This document shows positions 21,047 through 30,097 of a stretch of DNA of 64,000 nucleotides, in pieces; within the stretch, counting starts at the first letter, position 1, and each line of letters opens with the position of its first letter. The notes below the pieces were generated by a model. It had not been told where the DNA came from. It saw only the letters and a list, made by a program, of their open reading frames with translations, and did no database searches. This stretch comes from an uncultured Gemmatimonadales bacterium. Lineage in GTDB: Bacteria > Gemmatimonadota > Gemmatimonadetes > Longimicrobiales > RSA9. The DNA is taken from positions 3,328,001 to 3,392,000 of the forward strand of contig OY970192.1 in the NCBI GenBank assembly GCA_963708135.1, written 5' to 3'. A program made the translations under genes and the position numbers.

Positions 21047-23785
21047 TCACCTCGTTCCAACCTCCGCCACCCAAATGTCGCTCTCGCGATCGCCGAGGGT
21101 GAAGTAGAACCGCCCGTTGCGCACCCGGAAGCCGTAGCGGTGCCACGGTCGCGTGGGGTCGTCGAAGCGCACGGCCACCCGGGGAGGCGCGCCGGAGACC
21201 GGGGCCGCCACGATGCGCCCGATCCGTCCGGGGGCATCCGGCGAGATGTAGAAGACCGTGCGGCCATCCTCCGACCACTGCGGAAACGCCCACCCCGCCG
21301 TCGAGTACGGACTGCGCAGCCGGCGCGCCGGGCCCCCGCCGGCGGGCACGACCACAATGCCGCCGAGGCCGCACGCGCACGCGATCCAGCGTCCATCGGG
21401 CGACCAGGCGGAGAGCCCCGTCGGCGCGACGCCGTCCTTGCCGACGACCACCCGAAGCGGCCGCGGCGCCGACCAGCGGCCGTCGCGGAGCCGACTCACG
21501 ATGTCGATCTCGGGGTGCGTTCCCCAGCTCGCGAGGAGCATGAGCCGCGTGCCGTCCGGCGCCCACTCGGGGGAGCGCTCGTCCCGCGAGCCATCGGTCA
21601 CCGGGATGGCCGGCCCGCCGCCCTCGACCGGCATGGTGAAGACCTGGCGGCGGTCGCCGCGGAAGGCGTGGAAGGCGATCCGCCGGTCGTCGGGCGACCA
21701 GGACGGCCAGTAGGCGGGCGTGGTGTCGGTGGTGAGCTGCTGGGGTTCCGACGACAGCGGGTCGAGCCGCAGCCGGTACAGCTCGACCGTCCCCCTCAGG
21801 TCGGAGCTGAACGCGAGCCAGCGGCCGTCGTGGGACACGCCGATGTTCTCGATGATCTGGTCTCCCGTGGTCACGGGGCGGGCGCTGGAAACCGAGAGCC
21901 CGCCGCTCCGACTCCCCGGCACCGGCAGCGTCCACACGTTCAATGTCTCCCTGAAGCTCGCGTACGCCAGGTGGGAGCCGTCCAGCGACATGGCGATCCC
22001 CAGCGCGTTCAGGCCCGTCGTGAGGCGCACCGGCGCGCCGGCGGGGCTCCCCGATTTCGCCAGGCTCAGCTGATAGACATCCCGCGTTCCATCGCGATTG
22101 GAGACGAACAGGAGTGCCCCACCCGGCGTCCACGCGGGGCTCACGTTGGTGAAGTCGTTGCTCGTCACGCGGACCGGTCGTCCGCCGCTCGCGCGCACGA
22201 CCCAGACGCTGCTCGTTGCGCCGTTGCCCAGGTCCGCCGTGCTGATGTACTGCACGTTCCCCGACACGAACGCGATCCAGCGCCCGTCCGGCGACCACGC
22301 CGGCGAGTGCACCTCCCACCCGGTCGCGACCGCGCGCGGGGCGGCGCCATCCAGCGGCGCCGCGTAGATCGAGTCGTGGGAGACGTAGGCGAAGAACCGT
22401 CCGTCCGGGGCGGTGGTCACGCCCCGGTCGAGGTCCGTCCCGGCGACCAGCAGCCGGCGCGGACCGCCCAGTGCCGGGACGCTCTCGATGCCGCGACCGT
22501 CGATGAACACCAGCTGCTGCCCGTCCGGCACCCACGCGGGCCAGCGGCCCTTGCCATCGCCGTCGTGGACGACGCGGATCGGCTCCGCTCCGCCGAGCTG
22601 GCGGACCATCAGGACGCCACCCGCCCCGGAGTACGCCACGAGCCTGCCATCCGGCGAGAGCGCCGGGTCGAGCTCCAGGCCGGGGTCGTTCGTCACCTGC
22701 GAGACGCGCCCCAGCCGGAGTAGCGGCGCCGCGCGGCGCTTCAGCAGCTGGCTGCCCAGCACGGCAACGAGCACGACCGCAAGCACCGCCGCCGCCAATG
22801 CGACGCGGGGTACCAGCGACCTCCCGGCGCGCGGCCGATCCCCGGCGGAAGCCGGCGCTGCCGCGGGGCTCGGTTCGCCGGACCCGCTCTCGCGGGCGTT
22901 CCCCTCGGGCCTGCTCCCCTCGGCCTGCTCCGGCTCGACCGGCGGCGGCGCGACCGGTGGCGGCGCGACCGGTGGCGGCGCGCGGACGGGCGCGGCCGGC
23001 CCCGAGGGCACGGCGCCCGCGGCCGCCACGTCGCCGCGAGGTGGCGCCTCCGCCGCCCGCGGCCGCGCCCGCAGCTCCTCCACGAACGCCAGCAGCTCGG
23101 CGTCCGGCTCGAGCTCCAGCTCCCCCTCGAGCAGCAGCGCGTGAACCCGCGCGTGCCGCAGCGCCGCCGGGGCGTCTCCGCTCCGGTCGAGCGCCCGCAT
23201 GAGCCGCAGCGCCACGCGCGAGCTGTAGGGGTCCTGCGCCGCCAGCAGCCGCCACCAGCGGACCGCCTCGGCACCCTCGCCCGCCTGCTCCGCCGCCTCC
23301 GCCAGCGCCTCGAGCGCGCGCGCCCGCTCCCGCGCGAGCGTTTCCCGCTGCGCGTCCACCCACCGCTCGAGCTCGTCCGCCCCCGTCAGGAAGAAGCCGT
23401 CGAGGAACGGCGCCGCGTGCAGCACGACCGCGCGCCGCCAGTCCCGCGCCTCGAGCGCCTCGGCGAACTCCCAGGCATCGCTCGGCAGCCGCGCGGGATC
23501 CAGCCGCAGCTCGTCGCCCACGGCGACGATGCCCTCTCCACCCAGCGCCTGATTGATTCGGTACACGGAGTCCGACAGCAGCCGGCGCGCCCGCTCCGGG
23601 TCCGAGTCGGGCCACAGGTAGCCGATCAGCTTGTCGCGCGTGAGCCCGCGCTGGCGCGCCCGGGCGAGGAGCGCGAGCAGCGCCAGGCGCCGCCGCTGCA
23701 CCGCGCGACCGGTCAACGGACCGTCGGGACTCTCGATGGAGGCGCTGCCGAAGAGCTTGAGCCGGAACAATTCGCTGCGAAGCAA
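21047..23785 (-). CDS. SARP/BTAD-type transcriptional activator fused via a TM helix to a TolB/PD40 beta-propeller
   Basis: RLKLFG ... LTRDKLIGYLWP wHTH, BTAD helices, Pro-rich linker, TM, repeated WSPDG/SPDG motifs; the start may be the TTG at 23770. Confidence 0.88.
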   Translation of the reverse strand: MLRSELFRLKLFGSASIESPDGPLTGRAVQRRRLALLALLARARQRGLTRDKLIGYLWPDSDPERARRLLSDSVYRINQALGGEGIVAVGDELRLDPARLPSDAWEFAEALEARDWRRAVVLHAAPFLDGFFLTGADELERWVDAQRETLARERARALEALAEAAEQAGEGAEAVRWWRLLAAQDPYSSRVALRLMRALDRSGDAPAALRHARVHALLLEGELELEPDAELLAFVEELRARPRAAEAPPRGDVAAAGAVPSGPAAPVRAPPPVAPPPVAPPPVEPEQAEGSRPEGNARESGSGEPSPAAAPASAGDRPRAGRSLVPRVALAAAVLAVVLVAVLGSQLLKRRAAPLLRLGRVSQVTNDPGLELDPALSPDGRLVAYSGAGGVLMVRQLGGAEPIRVVHDGDGKGRWPAWVPDGQQLVFIDGRGIESVPALGGPRRLLVAGTDLDRGVTTAPDGRFFAYVSHDSIYAAPLDGAAPRAVATGWEVHSPAWSPDGRWIAFVSGNVQYISTADLGNGATSSVWVVRASGGRPVRVTSNDFTNVSPAWTPGGALLFVSNRDGTRDVYQLSLAKSGSPAGAPVRLTTGLNALGIAMSLDGSHLAYASFRETLNVWTLPVPGSRSGGLSVSSARPVTTGDQIIENIGVSHDGRWLAFSSDLRGTVELYRLRLDPLSSEPQQLTTDTTPAYWPSWSPDDRRIAFHAFRGDRRQVFTMPVEGGGPAIPVTDGSRDERSPEWAPDGTRLMLLASWGTHPEIDIVSRLRDGRWSAPRPLRVVVGKDGVAPTGLSAWSPDGRWIACACGLGGIVVVPAGGGPARRLRSPYSTAGWAFPQWSEDGRTVFYISPDAPGRIGRIVAAPVSGAPPRVAVRFDDPTRPWHRYGFRVRNGRFYFTLGDRESDIWVAEVGTR

Positions 23786-23859
23786 GAGGGCATGGCGATG
23801 GCGACCACGGCCGGGCGATCACCTTGGGGCAATGTGGACGGCGGGAGATGTGACGGCAA

Positions 23860-23989
23860 GCGTGCAGCGGTTGTCCCAGAAGGCGATCGAGTTCGGCTCC
23901 CAGCGGAAGCGGCACTGGAGCCTGGGCCTCGAGCGCGACGAGCGCCGCCTCCACGTCGTCCGCCGGGACGCTGAAATGCTCCGCGACGC
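23860..23989. repeat. Intergenic chimera of duplicated tauD and lhr fragments
   Basis: 23860-23921 is identical to 24698-24759 (62/62); 23921-23989 matches 26833-26901 (64/69). Confidence 0.9.
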
Positions 23990-24124
23990 AGTCGATCCCG
24001 CCGCGTCCCGTTCGTCGCATCACTGGAGCCGGGCCACGGCTCCGCACCCGACACGCGGACGCGGCGCCCTGACGACGCCTCGCCACGGGCCCGCGCGCTC
24101 CGCCCCACGCTGGAGGCGATCCCC

Positions 24125-24535
24125 ATGCGGCTCTTCACCTACTTGAACTACAACGGCAACTGCCGCGAGGCGTTCGAGTTCTACGCGGAACACCTCGGGG
24201 CGCGCATCGTCATGCTCACGACGCACGGCGAGGCGCCCGACCCGAGCCGGGTCCCGCCCGAGATGAAGGACGCCGTGCTTCACGCCCGCCTCGAGCTGGG
24301 CGACGGCGTGCTCCTCGGCGCCGACATCCCGAAGGCCGAGCCCATGCGCAGCGCCTATCTCACGCTCAGCCTGGACAGCAGCGAGGAGGCCGAGCGCGTC
24401 TACGCCCTGCTCTCCGACGGCGGCGAGGTCTTCATGCCCATGGAGGAGACCTTCTTCGCCCACCGCTTCGCCATGCTGCGCGACCGCTTCGGCACGTCGT
24501 GGATGCTGCTCCACGAGCGCGAGATGGGGGCGTAA
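24125..24535 (+). CDS. VOC/PhnB-family protein
   Basis: YLNYNGNCREAFEFY, HARL, DRFGTSWML; GGAGG RBS. Confidence 0.92.
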   Translation: MRLFTYLNYNGNCREAFEFYAEHLGARIVMLTTHGEAPDPSRVPPEMKDAVLHARLELGDGVLLGADIPKAEPMRSAYLTLSLDSSEEAERVYALLSDGGEVFMPMEETFFAHRFAMLRDRFGTSWMLLHEREMGA

Positions 24536-24608
24536 TGGCGGCCGCGCACGACCACGAGGCCGAACTGCTGCCGGTGCACTTCCTGCAGCACGCGGAAGGC
24601 GTGGCGCC

Positions 24609-25442
24609 TTACACCGCCCCCACCGGCCGCTCGCCGCGCACCGTCACCCGGTACCCCGAGCGCGTGTGCGGGAAGTAGTCCCACACCGCGAAGTGCTGCG
24701 TGCAGCGGTTGTCCCAGAAGGCGATCGAGTTCGGCTCCCAGCGGAAGCGGCACTGGAGCTCGGGGTCCTGCACGTGCCGGAACAGGAAGTCGAGCACGGC
24801 GTCGCTCTCGGCTTTCGGCACGCCCACGATGCGCGTCGTGAACATCGAGTTCACGAACAGGCACTTCCGCCCGGACACCGGGTGCACGCGCACGACCGGG
24901 TGCTCGGCGCGCGGGTAGGCGCGGCCGCCATCGTCGCGTCCGATGATGGCGTTCACCTCGCGGTAGTACGGCCCGCCGTCGTGGATCGCGGTGAGCCCCT
25001 CGAGGTACGCCTTCATCCGCTCCGACAGCGCGTCCCAGGCCGCGTACATGCTGGCGAAGAGCGTGTCTCCGCCGCTCGGCGGGACGCGGAACAGCCGCAG
25101 GATCGAGCCCATCGGCGGCTCGGGCGCGCACGAGACGTCGGAGTGCCAGGTCTGCCCCGCCACCCGCTTCGAGCGCTCGTCCGCGTGGATGACCATGACC
25201 TCGGGGTGGCCGTCCAGCCCGGGGTCGTTCGGGTGCACGTCCAGCGTGCCGAAGCGCGCGCCCAGCGCCTTGTGCGCCTCGATCGAGATGTCCTGGTCGC
25301 GGAAGAAGACCACCAGGTGCTCCGTCAGCGCATCCCGGATGAGCTCGGCCGTGGCGTCGTCGAGGTGCTCCAGCTCGACACCCAGGATCTCGGCGCCCAG
25401 CGTGGGCGTGAGCGGACGGATCTCGGGGCGGGAGGGGCTCAC
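24609..25442 (-). CDS. tauD: TauD/TfdA family Fe(II)/2-oxoglutarate dioxygenase
   Basis: GAEILGV, WHSDVS (HxD), GGDTLFA, WDNRCTQH; GTG start overlaps the lhr stop (GTGA). Substrate not established. Confidence 0.9.
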   Translation of the reverse strand: MSPSRPEIRPLTPTLGAEILGVELEHLDDATAELIRDALTEHLVVFFRDQDISIEAHKALGARFGTLDVHPNDPGLDGHPEVMVIHADERSKRVAGQTWHSDVSCAPEPPMGSILRLFRVPPSGGDTLFASMYAAWDALSERMKAYLEGLTAIHDGGPYYREVNAIIGRDDGGRAYPRAEHPVVRVHPVSGRKCLFVNSMFTTRIVGVPKAESDAVLDFLFRHVQDPELQCRFRWEPNSIAFWDNRCTQHFAVWDYFPHTRSGYRVTVRGERPVGAV

Positions 25443-28400
25443 GGGCTCGTCTCCTGTTCGGCCAGCCAGCGCGGGCGGCGGCGGGGCCGACCCGCATAGG
25501 GGCGCAGGGTGGGCGGGACGCGGCGGGTCAGCGCGGGCGCGAGCAGGCGCGTCGCCGGCAGCTCCTGCGGCTGCAGGCGCTCGAGCTTGCCGGCCACGAG
25601 GGCCGCCACGGGGACGCCGTCGCGGTAGACGACGCGATTCGTCGCCAGAGCCGGCACGCGGCCCTCCGGCGTCGTGATGCCGGTGAGGTTGAGCGGATCC
25701 GCGGCGCTTATGCCGAGGAGCAGGCCGTCCGGCGGCTCGTCGCGGATCGAGCGGAGCAGCCCCACGGCCTCCGGGAGCGCGAACTGCTCGCCGGCAAAGC
25801 CGGCGACGAAGCGCCCGCCGCGCACCTCGCCGCGCGCCTCGAGCCGGCGCAGCGCCCGCACCAGCTCGCGCCACGGCAGCGCCGCGGACTCCCGCGCGGC
25901 CACCCGCCGGCACACCACCCCCCAGCGGCGCAGCAGCGCGCGCGCCTGCGCCTCCGCGCGCTCGGCGCGCAGCACCCCGGCGCGCGCGGGCTCCGCGCCG
26001 GCGCTCGGCCCTGCCTCGAGCGCGGAGGACGTCCGCGACCAGCGGCCGGCCGTCTCCACGGAGTACGGCGCCGCGTCCGCGCGTCGCGACCGCCTGCGCC
26101 GGGGCGGCAGGGCGGCGGCCCCGTCGCCTTCCACCACGCGCGCCGGCGACTCCAGGCGCGGGCGCTTCTGCGCCGGGGTGAGCAGCGCGCGCACGCCGGC
26201 GAAGCCGTCGGACGTGACATGCCCCGCGGCCACGAGCTCGGCGAGCGCGCTCTCGACGCGCGTGGGCAGCAGCCCCGCCGCCGCCACGAGCTCCGCGAAG
26301 AACGATGCGCCGCGCCCGCCCAGCGCCTCGAGCACGCGCATGGCGTCGGAGGACAGGGCCGCGCCCTCGCCTTCCGGATCGACGGCCTCGCGCCACGGCT
26401 CGGCCGCGCCGCGCGGCAGCAGCGCGAGAGGCGTGGAGCGCAGCGGGCCGCGCGGCCGGCCGTTGCCGTCGCCGGCCGGCGGACGGAGGCGCAGCCAGGC
26501 GACGCGCCCGCCGAACGTCAGCGCGTCCAGCGCCGCCGGCGAGTAGTCCTCCACGCGCGCGGCGAGCACGTCCGCCTCCCACGCGCCCGCCGGCACCTCG
26601 AAGCCGGCGAGCTGCTCGATCACGCCCGCCAGCCCCTCCGGCCCCGCGGCCTGGCTCCCGGGCTGCACCCGCTGCCAGCGGAACAGGAAGCGCATGTAGT
26701 CGGCCGGCTCGACGGGCCGGATCTCGGCCCTCAGCCGGTCCAGCGTGTAGCGGTGGATGCGCGCCAGCAGACGCCGGTCGCACCATTCCCGCCCGCTCGC
26801 TCCCGGCGTGAACGCGCCGCGCAGCACCGTCCCCTGGGCCTCGAGCGCGACGAGCGCCGCCTCCACGTCGCCCGCCACCACGCCGAAATGCTCCGCGACG
26901 CCGGCGGCCGTGGTCGGCCCGGCCACCTCCATCCAGCCCCGCACCAGCTCGCGCAGCGCCTCCTCCCGCTCGGGCGGCTCGGCCAACCCGCGCGCGATCT
27001 CGAGCACCCGCGCCGGCTCGACCACGGCGCCGGGGTGCACGGCGACGAGCTCCAGCACCCGCTCCGTCGCCGACAGCAGCGCCGCCCCGTCCACGGACAC
27101 GACCGCCGCGCGCCCCGAGCCGGCCAGCTCCTGGAACAGCGCCTCCGCGGCAGGATCCATGTCCGACCCGCGCAGCGCGCCCGCCAGCAGCAGGAAGTCG
27201 TGCAGCTCGTCGGCGTCCCGGGCGTCGAGCCCGGCCTCCGCCCGCACCCGCTCGATTGCCGCGGCGTCCAGCGCGCCGAGGTCCCGCGCGCCGGACGGCT
27301 CGAGCGCCCGGCGGGTGTAGACCGCCTGCGTCCGGCGCTCCTCGAGCGGCGCGTCGTCGAGGAACTCGTACGCCCGCGCGTTGAGGATCTGCGAGGAGAC
27401 CGGCGAGGGCTCCGGCACGTCCCGGGCAAGGCACTCGACGGTGCCGGCGCCGATCGCCTCTAGCACCGCGACCAGCCCGCGCAGATCCATCGCCTCCTCG
27501 AGGCAGTCGCGCAGCGTCTGGCGCACGAGCGGGTGGTCCGGGACCTCGCGGTCACCCGCGATGTTCTCGATGCACGCCGCGGCATCCGGGAACGCGGCGG
27601 CGAGCAGGTCCTCCGCCTGCATGCGCTGGATCGGCGGCGGCACGCGCCGCCCGCCGCGCTGGCGCGGCACGGCCAGCGAGATGGTCGTGTTCCAGCGCCA
27701 GCGCGTCTGGAAGAGCGGCGAGTCCAGCACCGCCTGCACGAGCACGTCGCGGACGCTCTTCGGATGCAGGTAGCGGAACACGTCCTCCAGCGGGAAGGAG
27801 TGCTGCGGCCCGAGCGAGAGCAGCACGCCCTCCTCGGTGGCGGCGGCCTGCAGCTCGAAGTTGAACGTGCGGCAGAACTTCTTGCGCAGCGCGAGCCCCC
27901 AGGCGCGGTTCACCCGCGCGCCGAACGGCGCGTGCAGCACGAGCTGCATCCCGCCCGCCTCATCGAAGAAGCGCTCGAGCACGAGGCGACGCTGCGTCGG
28001 CACCACCCCGAGCAGCCGCTTCGTCTCCGCCAGGTACGCGGCGAGCTGCTCGGCCGCGGCCGGCGGCACGCCGGTCTCCGCCGCGATGCGCGCGGCCACG
28101 GCCGCGATCGCCTGCTCCGTCCCCGCTCCGGCCTCCTCGAGCCACGCGTCGATGTCGGCCCTGAGCTCCGACACGGCGGCGCTCAGCTCATCGCTCCGCG
28201 ACGGCGCCTCGCCTAGCCAGAACGGGATGTTCGGCGGCGCGCCCTCGGCGTCCGCCACCCGGACCACGCCCTGCTGGATGCGCAGCACCCGCCACGACGT
28301 GTTGCCGAGCTGGAAGATGTCGCCGGCCATGCTCTCGACCGCGAAGTCCTCGTTCACCGTGCCGACGATCGTGCCCTCCGGCTCCACCACGACGCGGTAG

Positions 28401-29911
28401 TCCGCGTTGTCCGGGATCGCGCCGCCGGACGTGAGCGCCAGCAGCCGCGCCCCGCGCCGGCCGCGCAGCCGCCGGTTCACGGCGTCCCGGTGCAGCAGCG
28501 CCGCGCGGCGTCCCCGCCGCGTCGTGTAGCCGCTGCCGAGCATGGCGAGCACCGCGTCGAAGCGCGCGCGCTCGAGGTCGCGGTACGGCGTCGCGCGGCG
28601 CACCAACGCGTAGAGGTCGTCCTCGGCCCAGTCCGAGGCCGCCGTCTCCGCCACCACCTGCTGCGCCAGCACGTCGAGCGGCGCCTGCGGCATCACCATG
28701 CGGTCGAGCTCGCCGCGCCGGACCAGCCGGAAGAGCGCGGCCGACTCGAGCAGGTCGTCGCGCGAGAGTGGGAAGAGCCGCCCCTTCGGCGTGCCGGAGA
28801 CCGTGTGGCCCGACCGGCCGACCCGCTGCAGGAACGTGGCGACGCGGCGCGGCGAGCCGATCTGGCAGACCAGGTCCACGTGGCCGATGTCGATGCCGAG
28901 CTCGAGCGAGGCCGTCGCCACGAGCGCCCGCAGCCGCCCCGCCTTGAGCCGCTCCTCCGCGTCGAGCCGGACCTCCTTCGCCAGGCTGCCGTGGTGCGCC
29001 GCCACGGCCCCCTCGCCGAGCCGCTCGCCGAGATGGCGCGAGATGCGCTCCGCCAGCCGGCGCGTGTTCACGAACACGAGCGTCGTCCGGTGCCGGCGCA
29101 CCAGCGCCGCGAGCCGGTCGTAGACCTCGTCCCAGACCTCCCCCGACATCACCGCCTCGAGCGCGGACTCGGGCAGCTCGAGCGCCAGGTCCAGCTCCCG
29201 CGCGTGCCCCTCGTCGATCACCGAGCACGGCGCCGGCGCGGACGTGCCGGAGAGGAACTCGGCGACGCGCTCGATCGGCCGCTGCGTCGCCGACAGGCCG
29301 ATCCGCTGCAGCCGCCGGCCCGCCACGTGGTCGAGGCGCTCCAGCGAGAGGGCGAGGTGCGCGCCGCGCCGCGACTCGATGACCGCGTGGATCTCGTCCA
29401 CGATCACCGTGCGCGCCGTCCGCAACATCTCGCGGCCCCGCGCCGCCGTGAGGAGCAGGTACAGCGACTCCGGCGTGGTCACGAGGATGTGCGGCGGCGT
29501 GCGCAGCATCATCGCCCGCTCCGCCTGCGTCGTGTCGCCGCTCCGGACCGCGGCCGTGATGCGCACGTCGGGGAGCCCCGCCGCGCGCGCCAGCGCCCGG
29601 ATCTCGCGCCGCGGCTCGGCCAGGTTCCTGTGGATGTCGGCGCTCAGGGCCTTCAGCGGCGAGACGTAGACGACGCGCGTCTCGTCCGGAAGCCCGCCCG
29701 CCTCGAGCCCCTCGCGCAGCAGGTCGTCGATGGCGGTGAGGAACGCGGCCAGCGTCTTCCCCGAGCCGGTCGGCGCCGCGATCAGCGCGTCGCCGCCGCC
29801 CCGGATGGCCTCCCACCCGCGCGCCTGGGCGGGCGTGGGCTCGCCGAGCCGGTCGGCGAACCACTGGCCGACGACCGGATGGAAGCCGGAGAAAGCGCTG
29901 GATGGGGACAT
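25439..29911 (-). CDS. lhr: Lhr-family ATP-dependent DEAD/DEAH-box helicase (long form)
   Basis: APTGSGKT, TTPESL, DEIH, LSAT, SLELGID, QRVGRSGH; C-terminal winged-helix extension (GRFVAGFAGEQFA). Confidence 0.93.
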   Translation of the reverse strand: MSPSSAFSGFHPVVGQWFADRLGEPTPAQARGWEAIRGGGDALIAAPTGSGKTLAAFLTAIDDLLREGLEAGGLPDETRVVYVSPLKALSADIHRNLAEPRREIRALARAAGLPDVRITAAVRSGDTTQAERAMMLRTPPHILVTTPESLYLLLTAARGREMLRTARTVIVDEIHAVIESRRGAHLALSLERLDHVAGRRLQRIGLSATQRPIERVAEFLSGTSAPAPCSVIDEGHARELDLALELPESALEAVMSGEVWDEVYDRLAALVRRHRTTLVFVNTRRLAERISRHLGERLGEGAVAAHHGSLAKEVRLDAEERLKAGRLRALVATASLELGIDIGHVDLVCQIGSPRRVATFLQRVGRSGHTVSGTPKGRLFPLSRDDLLESAALFRLVRRGELDRMVMPQAPLDVLAQQVVAETAASDWAEDDLYALVRRATPYRDLERARFDAVLAMLGSGYTTRRGRRAALLHRDAVNRRLRGRRGARLLALTSGGAIPDNADYRVVVEPEGTIVGTVNEDFAVESMAGDIFQLGNTSWRVLRIQQGVVRVADAEGAPPNIPFWLGEAPSRSDELSAAVSELRADIDAWLEEAGAGTEQAIAAVAARIAAETGVPPAAAEQLAAYLAETKRLLGVVPTQRRLVLERFFDEAGGMQLVLHAPFGARVNRAWGLALRKKFCRTFNFELQAAATEEGVLLSLGPQHSFPLEDVFRYLHPKSVRDVLVQAVLDSPLFQTRWRWNTTISLAVPRQRGGRRVPPPIQRMQAEDLLAAAFPDAAACIENIAGDREVPDHPLVRQTLRDCLEEAMDLRGLVAVLEAIGAGTVECLARDVPEPSPVSSQILNARAYEFLDDAPLEERRTQAVYTRRALEPSGARDLGALDAAAIERVRAEAGLDARDADELHDFLLLAGALRGSDMDPAAEALFQELAGSGRAAVVSVDGAALLSATERVLELVAVHPGAVVEPARVLEIARGLAEPPEREEALRELVRGWMEVAGPTTAAGVAEHFGVVAGDVEAALVALEAQGTVLRGAFTPGASGREWCDRRLLARIHRYTLDRLRAEIRPVEPADYMRFLFRWQRVQPGSQAAGPEGLAGVIEQLAGFEVPAGAWEADVLAARVEDYSPAALDALTFGGRVAWLRLRPPAGDGNGRPRGPLRSTPLALLPRGAAEPWREAVDPEGEGAALSSDAMRVLEALGGRGASFFAELVAAAGLLPTRVESALAELVAAGHVTSDGFAGVRALLTPAQKRPRLESPARVVEGDGAAALPPRRRRSRRADAAPYSVETAGRWSRTSSALEAGPSAGAEPARAGVLRAERAEAQARALLRRWGVVCRRVAARESAALPWRELVRALRRLEARGEVRGGRFVAGFAGEQFALPEAVGLLRSIRDEPPDGLLLGISAADPLNLTGITTPEGRVPALATNRVVYRDGVPVAALVAGKLERLQPQELPATRLLAPALTRRVPPTLRPYAGRPRRRPRWLAEQETSP

Positions 29912-30097
29912 GGCAGGGAGATACCCGTCTGGCGGGCCGGGGTTTCTGCGCGCCGCGGCCGCGCGGCCACGCGGGACGCGCGGGCGGGGACGTCGCCCGG
30001 GAGCCATGCGGCGGCCGGCCTCGACGTCGGGAACATTGCCCGCCCCCGGTGGCGTCCGCATCCTTGGCCAGCACGCCCCCCGCACGCGGAGCTCCCC

